A stretch of DNA of 64,000 nt from assembly GCA_963733035.1 (NCBI GenBank), contig CAVTBU010000006.1:128001-192000 (forward strand), given 5' to 3'. Shown here piece by piece: positions 45,321 to 55,647 of this stretch. Origin of the DNA: Pirellulales bacterium. Its GTDB lineage: Bacteria > Planctomycetota > Planctomycetia > Pirellulales > PALSA-1355. The translations under genes were made by a program, and so were the position numbers. The stretch's first letter is position 1; every line of letters begins with the position of its first letter. The notes below the pieces were generated by a model. The model had not been told where the DNA came from. It saw nothing but the letters and a program-made list of their open reading frames with translations, and did no database searches.

Positions 45321-46424
45321 TCAATCGGGCCGCGTTACTGGCTTGTACGCGTGCGGCCGCTTAGAAACGACCGAGGCGGAAATGATCTTGTCCGGTTCGG
45401 GACGGCCCGGCACCCCCTCGGTGCGGTGAAGTTTCGAGAGTACGTCCATGCCTTCGACGACACGGCCGAACACGGTGTGTTTGCCGTCGAGGTGGCTCGT
45501 CGGCACAAAACAGAGGAAGAATTGGGATCCGCCGCTGTCGGGAGCCGCCGTCTTGGCCATGCTCAGGCTGCCACGGAAGTGTTCGCGGTGGTTACTCACT
45601 CCGACTTCGTCGGGAATGGTGTAGCCGGGGCCTCCCGAGCCGTCGCCGTTGGGGTCGCCTCCCTGAGCCATGAAGCCCGGGATGACCCGGTGGAACAGCA
45701 GTCCGTCATAGTATTTCTTGTCGACCAGGTTGACGAAATTGGCGACCGTGTTGGGTGCTTCGTTTTCGAATAGTTCGACGACGATGTCACCTTGCGAGGT
45801 GTGCAACCTGACCTTGGGGAGGTCTCCGGCAGCTTCCTCCTTTTCGCGGAGGGATTTCTCCCGAGCCCACTTTTCCTTGTACTGATCGGCCGATTCGAGG
45901 TAACGCAGTCCGTCTCGATTGATGGCGTTCTTGTCCTTGGCGGTCTGCAGGTGTTGTTTGGCGGCATCAAAGTCATTGGTGTTGAAGAATGCCACGCCTG
46001 CCAACAGGTCGAGATTCGGGTTATCGGCCTTATATTTCACGAGCGTCGTGGCGAGCTCGGAGGCCTTCTCGAAGTTGTCCGATCCGACATAGTCGGCCAG
46101 TGCCGCGACCAGGAAATCGGAGACTTCCTTGTTTTCGTTGGGTTTGGCGACGTATGCTTTTTCGGCTGCGTCCACGAGCGACGGCATCAGCTTTTTAACT
46201 TTCTCACTGAGTTCCTCGGCCTCTTGCTCGAGGGCCGTTTTGTTGGCCGATGCGTCGGTTTGATATTGCTGTCGCAATTGGACAAAACGAGCCAGATGCT
46301 GTTTCCACTGCGCAAACAACTTGGGAAAGTCCGCGGCCGTGACCGGAGCCGGCTGGTCGGCTGCCGATGCGAGCGAGCCCAACATCAGTAAGAGTGCCAA
46401 TGCAATCCAATGGCGGCGGTTCAT
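45321..46424 (-). CDS. Exported cyclophilin-type peptidyl-prolyl isomerase with N-terminal helical/TPR region
   Basis: Signal peptide; FHRVIPGFMAQGGDP, GSLSMA, GSQFF and HLDGKHTVFG motifs. Confidence 0.93.
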   Translation of the reverse strand: MNRRHWIALALLLMLGSLASAADQPAPVTAADFPKLFAQWKQHLARFVQLRQQYQTDASANKTALEQEAEELSEKVKKLMPSLVDAAEKAYVAKPNENKEVSDFLVAALADYVGSDNFEKASELATTLVKYKADNPNLDLLAGVAFFNTNDFDAAKQHLQTAKDKNAINRDGLRYLESADQYKEKWAREKSLREKEEAAGDLPKVRLHTSQGDIVVELFENEAPNTVANFVNLVDKKYYDGLLFHRVIPGFMAQGGDPNGDGSGGPGYTIPDEVGVSNHREHFRGSLSMAKTAAPDSGGSQFFLCFVPTSHLDGKHTVFGRVVEGMDVLSKLHRTEGVPGRPEPDKIISASVVSKRPHAYKPVTRPD

Positions 46425-46578
46425 GAGAAGTCCTGACAGGGGGTTCAGTTGGAGGGACGAAAAGCGTAACAATCAGATATATTTAGCATAACAGAATTTG
46501 CGGCACTGACAGCGGGGCCCGGCAGGACACGCCTCCTGGGAATTCGCCGCGGCCGTTCGTGATTTTTGAGGGCAGATC

Positions 46579-47209
46579 TTGGCGCGTCACCGGAAAAATC
46601 CCGCCGATCAACACGATCGCCATGCGCGGGGCGAGGCACCTAATTCTCTGCGGATCATCGGCGGCCAATTCCGCGGTCGCAAACTCATCTATACTGGTGA
46701 TCTACGCACGCGGCCGATGAAAGATCGCGTCCGGGAGGCAGTTTTTAATCTCGTCGGCACGGACGCCGCCGGAAAGCACGCTATCGATTTGTTCGCCGGA
46801 ACGGGCGCGCTCGGACTGGAGGCCCTCAGTCGCGGGGCCGCTCAAGCCACCTTCGTCGAGCAACACTTTCCCACGGCACGCGTGGTGCGGCAAAATGCCG
46901 CGCTCCTCGACGTCGCCGATCGCTGCCAGGTCGATGCCGGCAATGTCTTTTTATGGGTGCGGGGAGCGGAAATCGACGCCAGCCGACCGTGGCTCGTCTT
47001 TTGTTCGCCGCCGTTTTCGTTCTACGTCGAACGGCAACCAGAAATTCTGTCGCTTATCGGAGCATTGGTCGAAACGCGCACCCTCGGAAAGCGTGTTTGT
47101 CGTGGAATCCGACTCCCGATTCGATAACAACTTGTTGCCCGCAAGCCTGTCGTGGGACGTTCGACCCTATCCGCCCGCAGTCGTGGCGGTCGGTCGCAAG
47201 CAAAGCTAA
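46579..47209 (+). CDS. rsmD: RsmD family rRNA methyltransferase, apparent frameshift near 47073
   Basis: LRIIGGQFRGRKL, RVREAVFN, DLFAGTGALGLEALSRGA and SPPF motifs; C-terminus in the adjacent frame. Confidence 0.88.
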
Positions 47210-47276
47210 CGGCCCCGGACAAATTCGGCGGGCTATCGCGAAAGTGCCGCGGTCGAAAACCTGACGAGGGGGAAAA

Positions 47277-47642
47277 ATGGACATCCAGAATCGAGACCGA
47301 GTTCCAAGCTTCACGACGAAAGACGGGTCCGAGATCCGCGAGCTGCTGGCACATCGAAATTCGTGCATCGCAAAGCAAAGTCTCGCCGAGGCACGGCTAC
47401 CGGCTGGCGGCAGTACGACGCCACACTACCACCCCTTGACCGAAGAGATTTACTACATCCTCAGTGGCCAGGGCCGGATGCGGATTGGCGCGGAGGTAGA
47501 AGAAGTTGGACCCGGTGATGCCATTGCCATTCCACCTGGTCAACAGCATCAGATCACCAACACCGGGATGGAGACGTTGGTATTTCTCTGCTGCTGTGCA
47601 CCGGCGTACGAGCACGCCGACACCGTGCTGGTGGAAGCTTGA
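47277..47642 (+). CDS. Cupin domain protein
   Basis: HYHPLTEEIYYILSG, IPPGQQHQI and CCAPAY motifs. Confidence 0.9.
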   Translation: MDIQNRDRVPSFTTKDGSEIRELLAHRNSCIAKQSLAEARLPAGGSTTPHYHPLTEEIYYILSGQGRMRIGAEVEEVGPGDAIAIPPGQQHQITNTGMETLVFLCCCAPAYEHADTVLVEA

Positions 47643-47676
47643 GCCACCGCCGCGCCTGCCGATTCGCGAGACCCGA

Positions 47677-49062
47677 TCAAGGTTCGTCTGCGTTGCCGGC
47701 CAGTTTTTTGCGGAGCGTGGCCCGGTGAATGCCGAGCATGTCGGCCGCCGCGGCCCGATTGCCCGAGGTGCGGGCGAGCACGGTTTCGAACAGCGACGGC
47801 TCGACGCTGGTGAGAAACGCCTGATAAATCCGGCCAGCCGTGGAACCTTCGGTCAATTGCTGGCGTGCCCAAGTACGTACGGCATCGTGCAGCTCGACGC
47901 ATGGCGAAGGCTCGGGCTGCGTCGGCAGCGCCGGCGGCAGATGCTCGACATTGATCGCTCCGCCGCGGGCCAACAGCCTGCCGTGTTCGACGGCGTGCCG
48001 CAACTGGCGGACGTTCCCAGGCCAGGGGCGTCGGCAGAGTTCCTTCATCGCCTCGGAAGTGAAGTCGGGCGTTACTTGTGAATCTCGTGCGCGACGCAAG
48101 AACGCATTCGCGAGGAGCGGAATATCCTCGACGCGCTGCCTCAGCGGCGGCAGTTGGATTTCAAACGCCGCCAGGCGGAAGTACAAGTCGCGGCGAATTG
48201 TCCCATCGCCGTCGGAGTGCAGCTGACGGTTGGTAGCCGCGATCACACGAAACGACGTTGCGCGAGCCCGGGCACTGCCGACGGGCGTAACTTCATGTTG
48301 TTCGAGTACCCGCAAGAGTTTCACTTGCACGGCCGGTGGAATGTCGCCAGCCTCATCGAAGAACACAGTGGCTTCGTTGGCCAACTCCAACAGGCCCTGC
48401 CGCGCTTCCTCGGCGCCGGTAAACGCGCCGCGGACGTGACCAAACAATTCACTTTCGACGAGCGTGGGACTGAGCGATGCCAGATGGATGGGGACAAATG
48501 GTCGGCCGGCGCAACGAATGTCGATGAATAGCGCGGGCGACCAGTTCCTTGCCGGTACCGCTTTCGCCGACGATCAGTACCGAGGCGTCGGAGGGCGCGA
48601 CCAGCGCGATCCGCTTGAAGACTTCTTGCATGGCGGGACTCTTGCCCAGCAGTTCCTCGTGCGCGGGCGACGTTTCTTCCGTCCGGTGCTGCGGGGGCGT
48701 TTTTCCCTGCGCAAGGCGCGATCGATCACGCCAGCCGCCTGCTCGAGATCGAACGGCTTGGAGAGGTAGTCGAACGCACCGTTGCGCATGGCCGTCACCG
48801 CCACGTCCAGGTTGCCGAATGCGGTGATCACGACAATCGGCACTGGCCCGGCCCGCCGTTGCAAGTGGTCCATCGCCGTCAAGCCATCCATGCCAGGCAA
48901 ACGTACGTCGAGCACGATCAGGTCGGGCGATTTTCGCTCGGCTGTCTCGATCGCTGCCTCGGCGCTCGAGGCGAGGCTCACCTCGTGACCCGTCTCGGTC
49001 AGCAGGCGCTCAAGTCCCCAGCAGATGCTTTCTTCGTCATCGACGATTAACACATGACTCAT
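47677..49062 (-). CDS. Sigma54-dependent response regulator (NtrC family), apparent frameshifts near 48690 and 48502
   Basis: Receiver [31 protein letters not shown] and Fis HTH; split over three ORFs. Confidence 0.92.
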
Positions 49063-50495
49063 GGCTGCTTCTCGTATGCCTGCTCTGAAATGTCCGCGCC
49101 GCTTGTGAAGGAGTTGTCAGGTGTGGCATTCAATCGGGGGCTGTCCACGCCGGCCGGCAGTGTCAACTCAAAACATGTTGCCCCTTGTCGAATGTAACGA
49201 ATCGTACCGCCGTGCGCCTCGGCAATCTGGCGGACGACCGTCAGCCCGAGCCCGATGCCCTCGGGTTTGCCGGTCACGAACGGTTCGAAAAGCTTGCCAG
49301 CGACGTGTTGCTCGGGACCCGGACCGCTATCGAACACGCGCATGATGACCGAGCCATTGCTGCGCGCGGTCTCGACGCGAACCCAGCCGCCGGGCCCAGC
49401 CGCCTCGATGCCGTTGAGCACCAGGTTCATGAGCAATTGCCGCAGCAGTTCGGCGTCGGCGGAAAGGGCATGCCGCGCATCGTCCGCGCTCGGAAGTTGA
49501 AGGTCGACGTTGCGGTGTTTGCAAGCCGGTGTCACGAGGCCCTCGACGTCGGTGATGATCCCGGCGAGATCGCAAGGCGCCCGGCGCGGCGCGGTAGGTT
49601 GCCCGGCAGTTAGAAATCGTTGCAAGTGTGCTTCGGTCATGGACAATTGTCGTAGCGCGACCTGCAAGCTATCGTCATCCGCTGCCTGGCATCGTCGCCG
49701 GTGCAATTGCATGGCGATCCGCGCGCCGGTGACCGTGTTGCGCAATTGATGGGCAAGTCCGCCGCTGAGTTGTCCCAACAGAGACAATCGTTCGGAGCGT
49801 TTGATTACGCGGCGTAGTTCGGAAAGTTGATCGCCGAGGGAATTGACCGATCCGATCAGATCGCGCAGTTCGTCGTTCCGCTGCGGCAGGGGCAGTGGTT
49901 GAAAGTCGCCCTGGACGAGCCGGCCTAGTTGCCGCCGCAACTCGAGGATCGGTCGGCTCAACCTGCCGGCGATCGCGAATGCCAGCCCGCCCACGACCAG
50001 CAGCAACCCGCCGCCCACGACGAGCGGCGGGTAGGCGGCTTCCCAGCGTGCCAGGCGTAAGTTGTCCTGCGGATAGAAGATGTGCAGCAACAGGGTCTCG
50101 GTGGTCGTGCCGCGTGGCGCGATCTCCACCGTGGAATGCAGATATTCACGGTTCGCCAAGCGGACGGGTTGGCCAAGGTGAAATCCTTTGCCGCCATTTG
50201 CGGGGGGGATCGCCCGATCGCTGACGCCCGACAAGCTAGCAGCGCGAAGCTTTCCGTTCGTGTCGGTAAGGAGAAACTCAGCCCCGGAGAGACCCCGGGT
50301 TTGCTTGAGCACCGAATCGGTGAGCGGGAAAGTGGCTTCCTGAAGCGTGTGGGCCACTTCGCGCAATTGGTGTTCGATTTGCCGTTGACTGCGCCGGGCC
50401 GCCAGCACGGCATCGATCAGACTCACTCCCGCCACCACAGCCAGCATCACGCCGGCAAAAGGGAACAGGATTTGGTAGCGCAACGGCCAACGCAT
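49059..50495 (-). CDS. Membrane sensor histidine kinase with HAMP domain
   Basis: Two TM helices; AHQLRN H box, NLVLNG, DSGPG, FEPF and GIGLGL boxes. Confidence 0.92.
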   Translation of the reverse strand: MRWPLRYQILFPFAGVMLAVVAGVSLIDAVLAARRSQRQIEHQLREVAHTLQEATFPLTDSVLKQTRGLSGAEFLLTDTNGKLRAASLSGVSDRAIPPANGGKGFHLGQPVRLANREYLHSTVEIAPRGTTTETLLLHIFYPQDNLRLARWEAAYPPLVVGGGLLLVVGGLAFAIAGRLSRPILELRRQLGRLVQGDFQPLPLPQRNDELRDLIGSVNSLGDQLSELRRVIKRSERLSLLGQLSGGLAHQLRNTVTGARIAMQLHRRRCQAADDDSLQVALRQLSMTEAHLQRFLTAGQPTAPRRAPCDLAGIITDVEGLVTPACKHRNVDLQLPSADDARHALSADAELLRQLLMNLVLNGIEAAGPGGWVRVETARSNGSVIMRVFDSGPGPEQHVAGKLFEPFVTGKPEGIGLGLTVVRQIAEAHGGTIRYIRQGATCFELTLPAGVDSPRLNATPDNSFTSGADISEQAYEKQP

Positions 50496-50908
50496 AGGCA
50501 CGTCCAATCGAGGGTGAAAAGTCGACGCGTATCACCCATCTTAGGGTGCGGCACGACACGCTTCAATCGAGCACAGCGGCCCCTGTGAACGTAGCCACCG
50601 GGGCCGATTGGGTCCGGCCAGATCGATAAAGTCTTGCCAAGCTGCCGGCTTGCGACTCCATTTTGGCCAATGCATGCATCGGCCGCGTCTCGGGGCAACG
50701 CTTCCTTGAAAACAAACTTCCACTCGATCGCCTCGGCATACCGATCCTAGGGAAGTGGAAGGTCATGGGGTCATGTTGCGCCGGGCGGTTCCGGACCAGT
50801 TTTATCCCCGCGGTTGCAGGTTTGTTCGGGGCGACAACAGGCGGGCGGTTTTCAGGCCGGCAGGGGCTCAAAAGGATGTGAGCCTTTCGAGGGCTGCCCG
50901 CGAAAGGA

Positions 50909-53485
50909 GTGCGGCGCATGAGGAAGAAGCGAAAAAAGAGTCCGATCTGGCCCTATTTGGGCATCCTGGCGTGCCTGTTTCTGCTGAGCTTGACGGCGCC
51001 TCGGGCCTGGGATCGCCATGCCCGTCGCGAGCTGCCAGCCAGGACGGTTTGCGAAACGCCGCGTACGGCACCGATCGTCAATCGCGTGCCACGATTGCCT
51101 GCCGCGCCGGTGGTTCTTGAGTGTGAGGATGAATCGGAACTGACGCCGCGAGCGCCCGAATTCGATTTTGGCGGACCGCTCGAATCGCCGCCGTCCAAAT
51201 CGGAACCATCCGCCTCAATCGTGCCGCCGGCGCCGCAGTATGCCGAGGAAGTGCGCGAGGAGGCGGAAGTTGCCCGACTGCCGACGATGCTTGAATTGCC
51301 GCGGACCAAACCAACTGCCGAAGAGGCAGCCCCGGAACCGCCGCTACCTGCAGCCGAACCGACGTTGTCGCTTGACGAGCCTGAACAGCCGCGGCCGGAA
51401 TCACCGATTCAACCGAACACCGACCCGGATCCCCAAGAATCGACCGAGGCACACGAGCCAGCGCCGCCTGCGATTGTAAACGTTTGGCCTTTGCCGCGAA
51501 CGCTGCTCGAACAACTGACGAATCTCGTGCACGAGGACTCTCAACTCGTGTGGTCGCGTCTCGCGATACAGCGCGTGCACGAGCTGTGCCGCGACAGCAA
51601 TCCGCAAAGCCAGCGCGCGACGCTTGCCGAACTTCGCGCGGTGGTTGTCCACGATGCCCAGGTTCCGGCTGCCGATCCGGCGCTCCAACCGCAACTTGCT
51701 CGCGCCCGCTACGCCCTGACACGATGGCTCGACGTCTGGGATGCGGCGGTCGAACTTGACCCCTTGCCGCTGGACGTGCGGTCGGGGGCGACGTCAGCGG
51801 CGAAGGTGCGGGCTTGTCTGGACGATTTCGAAGCGATCGCCCGGCGGAATCCGGCTGGTCGCGTCTGGCGTGAGTACCTGAAATTAGACGAACTGCGCGG
51901 CGCCCTGGCGGATGATGCCAGCGAAGTGGAACGTCGTCAGGCGGCACGCGCGGTGCTCGATCGCCTGACGTCGCCGAAGCTATCACCCGCCCAACGGGAG
52001 TTTGTCAAACGGGGGTCGCTGGCAGCACTGCGCGATGCGTTGCGGTCGTGGGCCGTCGAACCGGTAGCAGTTGGCCAGGTGCTAGCGCATCTCGAACAGT
52101 TTGAATACAGCGGGCTTGGCAGCGACGCTCAGATGGTGGCCGAGGATTACCGCAATCTCGCTTGGTCGCCCGCGGAAGAGGCGAAATCGCTCGGGCAGCA
52201 TTTAGACACGCACTTTCGAAACGCCAATCTGCGCGTGGCCGTGAGCGGCGAACTGGCCAATCGGCTGGTTCCCCAACCAGAGCGAATTGACGCGCCCGTC
52301 CGCGACACCGTGGTGAATGTGCCCGTCCGGGGGTACAGCAGTACGTTCACGAAACTTTCGGTCCTATTTGTGCCAGACAACAAGCGGATTCGTATCGGGC
52401 TGGAAGCCCACGGCGTCGTCGATGCCAATACGATTTCGGATGCCGGTCCGGCGACCTTCCGCAACCGGGGGCAATCGACGTTCCTGGTGCGCAAGCTATT
52501 CGTACTCGGCCCACGTGGTCTGCATGTGTGGCCGGCGATTGCCGAGGCGGAGAACAACTTCAACTACCTGGTCTCGCTCGAAACCGACTACGACGGCGTG
52601 CCGTTGGTGGGTTCGCTGGTGCGAAATATCGCCCGCAGCCAGCACGATGAAATGCGTCAGCAGGCTCGCCGCCAGACCGAACAGAAAGTGGCCGTGCGGG
52701 CGCTTCATCAGCTCGATTCGGAAGTCGACACGCGGCTAGCTGAGGCCGAGCGGAAGATGCAGGAGAGTCAAGGTGCCACGCTCAGGCGTATGGGTCTGGA
52801 ACTGGTGCCCATCTCGCTGGCCACGACCGAAGAGCGCGTGGTCGCGCGAGTTCGCGTGGCAAGCGGCGAGCAGTTGGGGGCCCATACGCCTCGGCCGCGT
52901 GCCCCGTCCGATAGCTGGTTCAGCCTGCAAGTGCATCAATCGGCACTCAACAACGCCTTGGAGAACTTGGACCTCGAGGGGCGAACGTTTGAACTCTCGG
53001 AGCTGTTTACCTGGGTCGCTGACAAGCTGGGTCGACCGGAGCTGGCCGAGCAAGAGGAACTGCCCGAGGACGTGCGAATCACGTTTGCCGACCACGACGC
53101 CGTTCGGCTGAAATGCGTGGAAGATCGGCTCGAGGTCACTTTCTCACTGGCGGAGCTAAAGCACGCGGGAAGCCGCTGGCATGACTTTCAGGTTCGCACC
53201 CACTACGCTCCCGAGGCCGACGGCCTGTCGCCGCGCTTCACGCGCATCGACACGATTCATCTGGCTGGCGAGAGCCTGCGCGGCAAAATCGAGTTCAAGT
53301 TGCGGGCGATCTTTTCAAAAGTACTGTCGAAGAACCGCGACTTGCGACTGTTGGCCGATTCGGTGACGGGCGATCCTCGGTTCAAGGAGCTGCAGGTGAC
53401 GCAGTTTAAGCTCGAGGACGGCTGGGTCGCACTGGCGTATAGCCCCCGTCGCGTGTCGAGCAATGTGGCGCGGCGACCCAAGTAG
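50909..53485 (+). CDS. Large uncharacterised membrane-anchored protein
   Basis: 858-aa ORF: basic N-terminus and TM, Pro/Glu linker, helical region, beta-rich C-terminus; AAGGAG RBS before ATG 50918. Confidence 0.85.
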   Translation: MRRMRKKRKKSPIWPYLGILACLFLLSLTAPRAWDRHARRELPARTVCETPRTAPIVNRVPRLPAAPVVLECEDESELTPRAPEFDFGGPLESPPSKSEPSASIVPPAPQYAEEVREEAEVARLPTMLELPRTKPTAEEAAPEPPLPAAEPTLSLDEPEQPRPESPIQPNTDPDPQESTEAHEPAPPAIVNVWPLPRTLLEQLTNLVHEDSQLVWSRLAIQRVHELCRDSNPQSQRATLAELRAVVVHDAQVPAADPALQPQLARARYALTRWLDVWDAAVELDPLPLDVRSGATSAAKVRACLDDFEAIARRNPAGRVWREYLKLDELRGALADDASEVERRQAARAVLDRLTSPKLSPAQREFVKRGSLAALRDALRSWAVEPVAVGQVLAHLEQFEYSGLGSDAQMVAEDYRNLAWSPAEEAKSLGQHLDTHFRNANLRVAVSGELANRLVPQPERIDAPVRDTVVNVPVRGYSSTFTKLSVLFVPDNKRIRIGLEAHGVVDANTISDAGPATFRNRGQSTFLVRKLFVLGPRGLHVWPAIAEAENNFNYLVSLETDYDGVPLVGSLVRNIARSQHDEMRQQARRQTEQKVAVRALHQLDSEVDTRLAEAERKMQESQGATLRRMGLELVPISLATTEERVVARVRVASGEQLGAHTPRPRAPSDSWFSLQVHQSALNNALENLDLEGRTFELSELFTWVADKLGRPELAEQEELPEDVRITFADHDAVRLKCVEDRLEVTFSLAELKHAGSRWHDFQVRTHYAPEADGLSPRFTRIDTIHLAGESLRGKIEFKLRAIFSKVLSKNRDLRLLADSVTGDPRFKELQVTQFKLEDGWVALAYSPRRVSSNVARRPK

Positions 53486-53764
53486 GCGAACGCCGCATCC
53501 CATTGCCGCCATGTCGGCTGTCGACGCGCGAGCAGGCCGGAGCCCTTCTTTTTCGGCGAGGCGACCGCAGGTTGGATCCAAGCTGTAGGCCGCGCGCGAC
53601 TTGACGTGCTATCACGCACCCCGCTGTCCGCCTCGACGGGGTGGAAAACTTCGCATTCGGAGAAATCAACACAAGCGGAATCGGTGAGTTGGCCGATAAC
53701 GCCGATAAGCACGGTTTAGTACCGCTGTAGGGACGGCGGTAGAAATTCCTGCAAGCAAAGGAGT

Positions 53765-55066
53765 GTGGGCATGCTTCGCGCCACGAATTGGATCACCTCG
53801 TTGACGATCGGCCTTGCGGTGGCTTGTGAAGCATCGTTGCTCTTCGCGGCCGGCCAACCCCAGGAGCACGAGCCGACCCCTGCCGAAGCCAAGGCTTCGC
53901 GCCCGGTCGACTACGTCGCCGACCTGCCGGCGGATGACGAGTCACATACGGATGGTAGCTACAACTCGGACTTGTACGCCGCGCCGCAGCCGCTGGAAAC
54001 CGAGGCCGACGTTGCCCCTGGGGCCGGCGAGGGTGCCGTCGCCGACGACGAAATTGAAACGATCAAGGAACGCTTTCCCAACGGCTCGGTTCGCATCGAG
54101 CGACAGGTTACCCAGGACGCACTGGGCAACTATCTGAACCACGGCACCTGGAAGATGTGGGATGAGCGTGGCAACCTGCTCGCTCAGGGACAATACGAAT
54201 ACGGGAACCGCACCGGCGAGTGGATTCGCTGGTATCGCAGCCCATCGGAAGCCAGCATCCTGACGAAACCACCGTACGCGCAATTTGCCGGCCCGTTTAT
54301 CTCGCAGGCGACGTTCAAAAACGATCAACTCGACGGACACTGGACGATCTACGACGGCAAAACGCACAAGATCAGCCAGTGGACGTTCGAGGACGGCAAA
54401 CGCAACGGACCGTCGGTCTGGTGGTATGCCAACGGCAAGAAGATGCGCAAAGCGCAGTTCGTGAATGGTGACATGGATGGCGCGTACCTGGAATGGGCGC
54501 CGGACGGGTCTCTCAAGGTCAAGGAATCGTACGAATCCGGCCGCCGCTTGGCAATCAAAACCGCTTACCACAAAGGCAACGTGAAAAAGAGCGAAGGCAT
54601 GTACCTGTTTGCCAAGGACGTCGAACACGCTCCGGACGACTGGTGGAATTGCAAGCTCGTGACGACGGTCAAGACCGGCAAGGATGAGAAACACGGCGCC
54701 TGGACCAGTTGGTTTCCCAGCGGTCAGAAGCAACTCGAAGGTGCCTATGAACACGATCTGCAAGTCGGCAAGTTCACCTGGTGGCACTCGAACGGTCAGC
54801 GGGCGCTCGAGGGGAAATTCACTGCCGGCAAACAGGACGGCGAATGGACCTGGTGGCACGCGAACGGCCAGAAATCCATTCAGGGCGAATATGCTCACGG
54901 CAATCCGACCGGACGCTGGACCTGGTGGAAAGAGGACGGGCACGTCGTGCAGTCGGCCGACTTGTCGCAATCCGAGGGCGTCGTGATCGAAACGCCGCGG
55001 CAACTTGAAACGCCGCAAGTTCCTCGCCTCAGCACGCCGACCCGACGACAGCCGGTGAAACGCTAA
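53765..55066 (+). CDS. Exported MORN-variant (YwqK-like) repeat protein
   Basis: Signal-like N-terminus; many G.WTWWH.NGQK repeats; AAGGAG RBS before ATG 53771. Confidence 0.88.
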   Translation: MGMLRATNWITSLTIGLAVACEASLLFAAGQPQEHEPTPAEAKASRPVDYVADLPADDESHTDGSYNSDLYAAPQPLETEADVAPGAGEGAVADDEIETIKERFPNGSVRIERQVTQDALGNYLNHGTWKMWDERGNLLAQGQYEYGNRTGEWIRWYRSPSEASILTKPPYAQFAGPFISQATFKNDQLDGHWTIYDGKTHKISQWTFEDGKRNGPSVWWYANGKKMRKAQFVNGDMDGAYLEWAPDGSLKVKESYESGRRLAIKTAYHKGNVKKSEGMYLFAKDVEHAPDDWWNCKLVTTVKTGKDEKHGAWTSWFPSGQKQLEGAYEHDLQVGKFTWWHSNGQRALEGKFTAGKQDGEWTWWHANGQKSIQGEYAHGNPTGRWTWWKEDGHVVQSADLSQSEGVVIETPRQLETPQVPRLSTPTRRQPVKR

Positions 55067-55093
55067 CGGGCGCGATCGTCAAATTGACTTCAT

Positions 55094-55127
55094 CAGCAGC
55101 CTGGGAAATTCATTTCCCAGGCTGCTG
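55094..55127. terminator. Perfect inverted repeat, probable terminator
   Basis: CAGCAGCCTGGGAAAT-TC-ATTTCCCAGGCTGCTG, 28 nt after the stop codon. Confidence 0.75.
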
Positions 55128-55227
55128 TCATTTTGGGGAGAAGTGGCGGAAAGCCTCGCAAAACACGGGATAATTGCGATGCGAAACCGCCCTTGACCCG
55201 GAAAAACGATTCCCCTATTCTCCCGCC

Positions 55228-55475
55228 TCACGTCGGGGACATGACCGCGAGCCGCCGCAGGCTGAACGCCAAATGTGTCCGTCATGAATCGCGAACCAGA
55301 CAATCCATGTGGATGGGTCCGCACGGGAAACGACGCTCGACGGGGTGGCGTTTCTGCGGGCCGCGAAGCGGATTCCGTTGGCATGGATGCCGGCGGTTCG
55401 CTTCGAATACAGCGCGGCAAATGTCGCAAACCGAGGCCGTCCGCGAAGACCACGCGGTGGGCTGACTGCCGTCCA
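55228..55475. ncRNA. Candidate structured RNA, possibly 6S RNA
   Basis: Nested stems ACCGCG/CGCGGT, GCGAACC/GGTTCGC, ATCCATG/CATGGAT and GGTCCGCA/TGCGGGCC; flanked on the + strand by TTGACC-17-TATTCT and a terminator. Confidence 0.45.
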
Positions 55476-55481
55476 ATCGCT

Positions 55482-55543
55482 CCCGGAAAAGGTTGCTGTC
55501 CTCTGCCCCCCTGGGACACAGCCTTTCCGGGGGCCTTTTTTTT
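55482..55543 (+). terminator. Rho-independent terminator
   Basis: CCCGGAAA...TTTCCGGG stem followed by GCC and a long T run. Confidence 0.65.
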
Positions 55544-55647
55544 GCGCTCAGCTAGCCTGCTGCATGGGGCGCATGCAAATCTCACCTTCGCGCGGAAGGT
55601 TCGGTTTGCACCGCCGCAGCCAACACCGTGGCTCGACCGACCGCAGT

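Noticed and set aside
50630..50680. Sigma54 promoter TTGGCCAATGCATGCA
   Set aside because: The GG-to-GC spacing is 9 nt instead of the required 10.
53765..55066. YwqK-like toxin-antitoxin system
   Set aside because: Only MORN-type repeats with a signal-like N-terminus; no adjacent toxin gene.
55413..55470. GGCAAA...CGCAAA resembling a c-di-GMP-I riboswitch
   Set aside because: There is no GNRA-capped stem between the motifs and no downstream gene.
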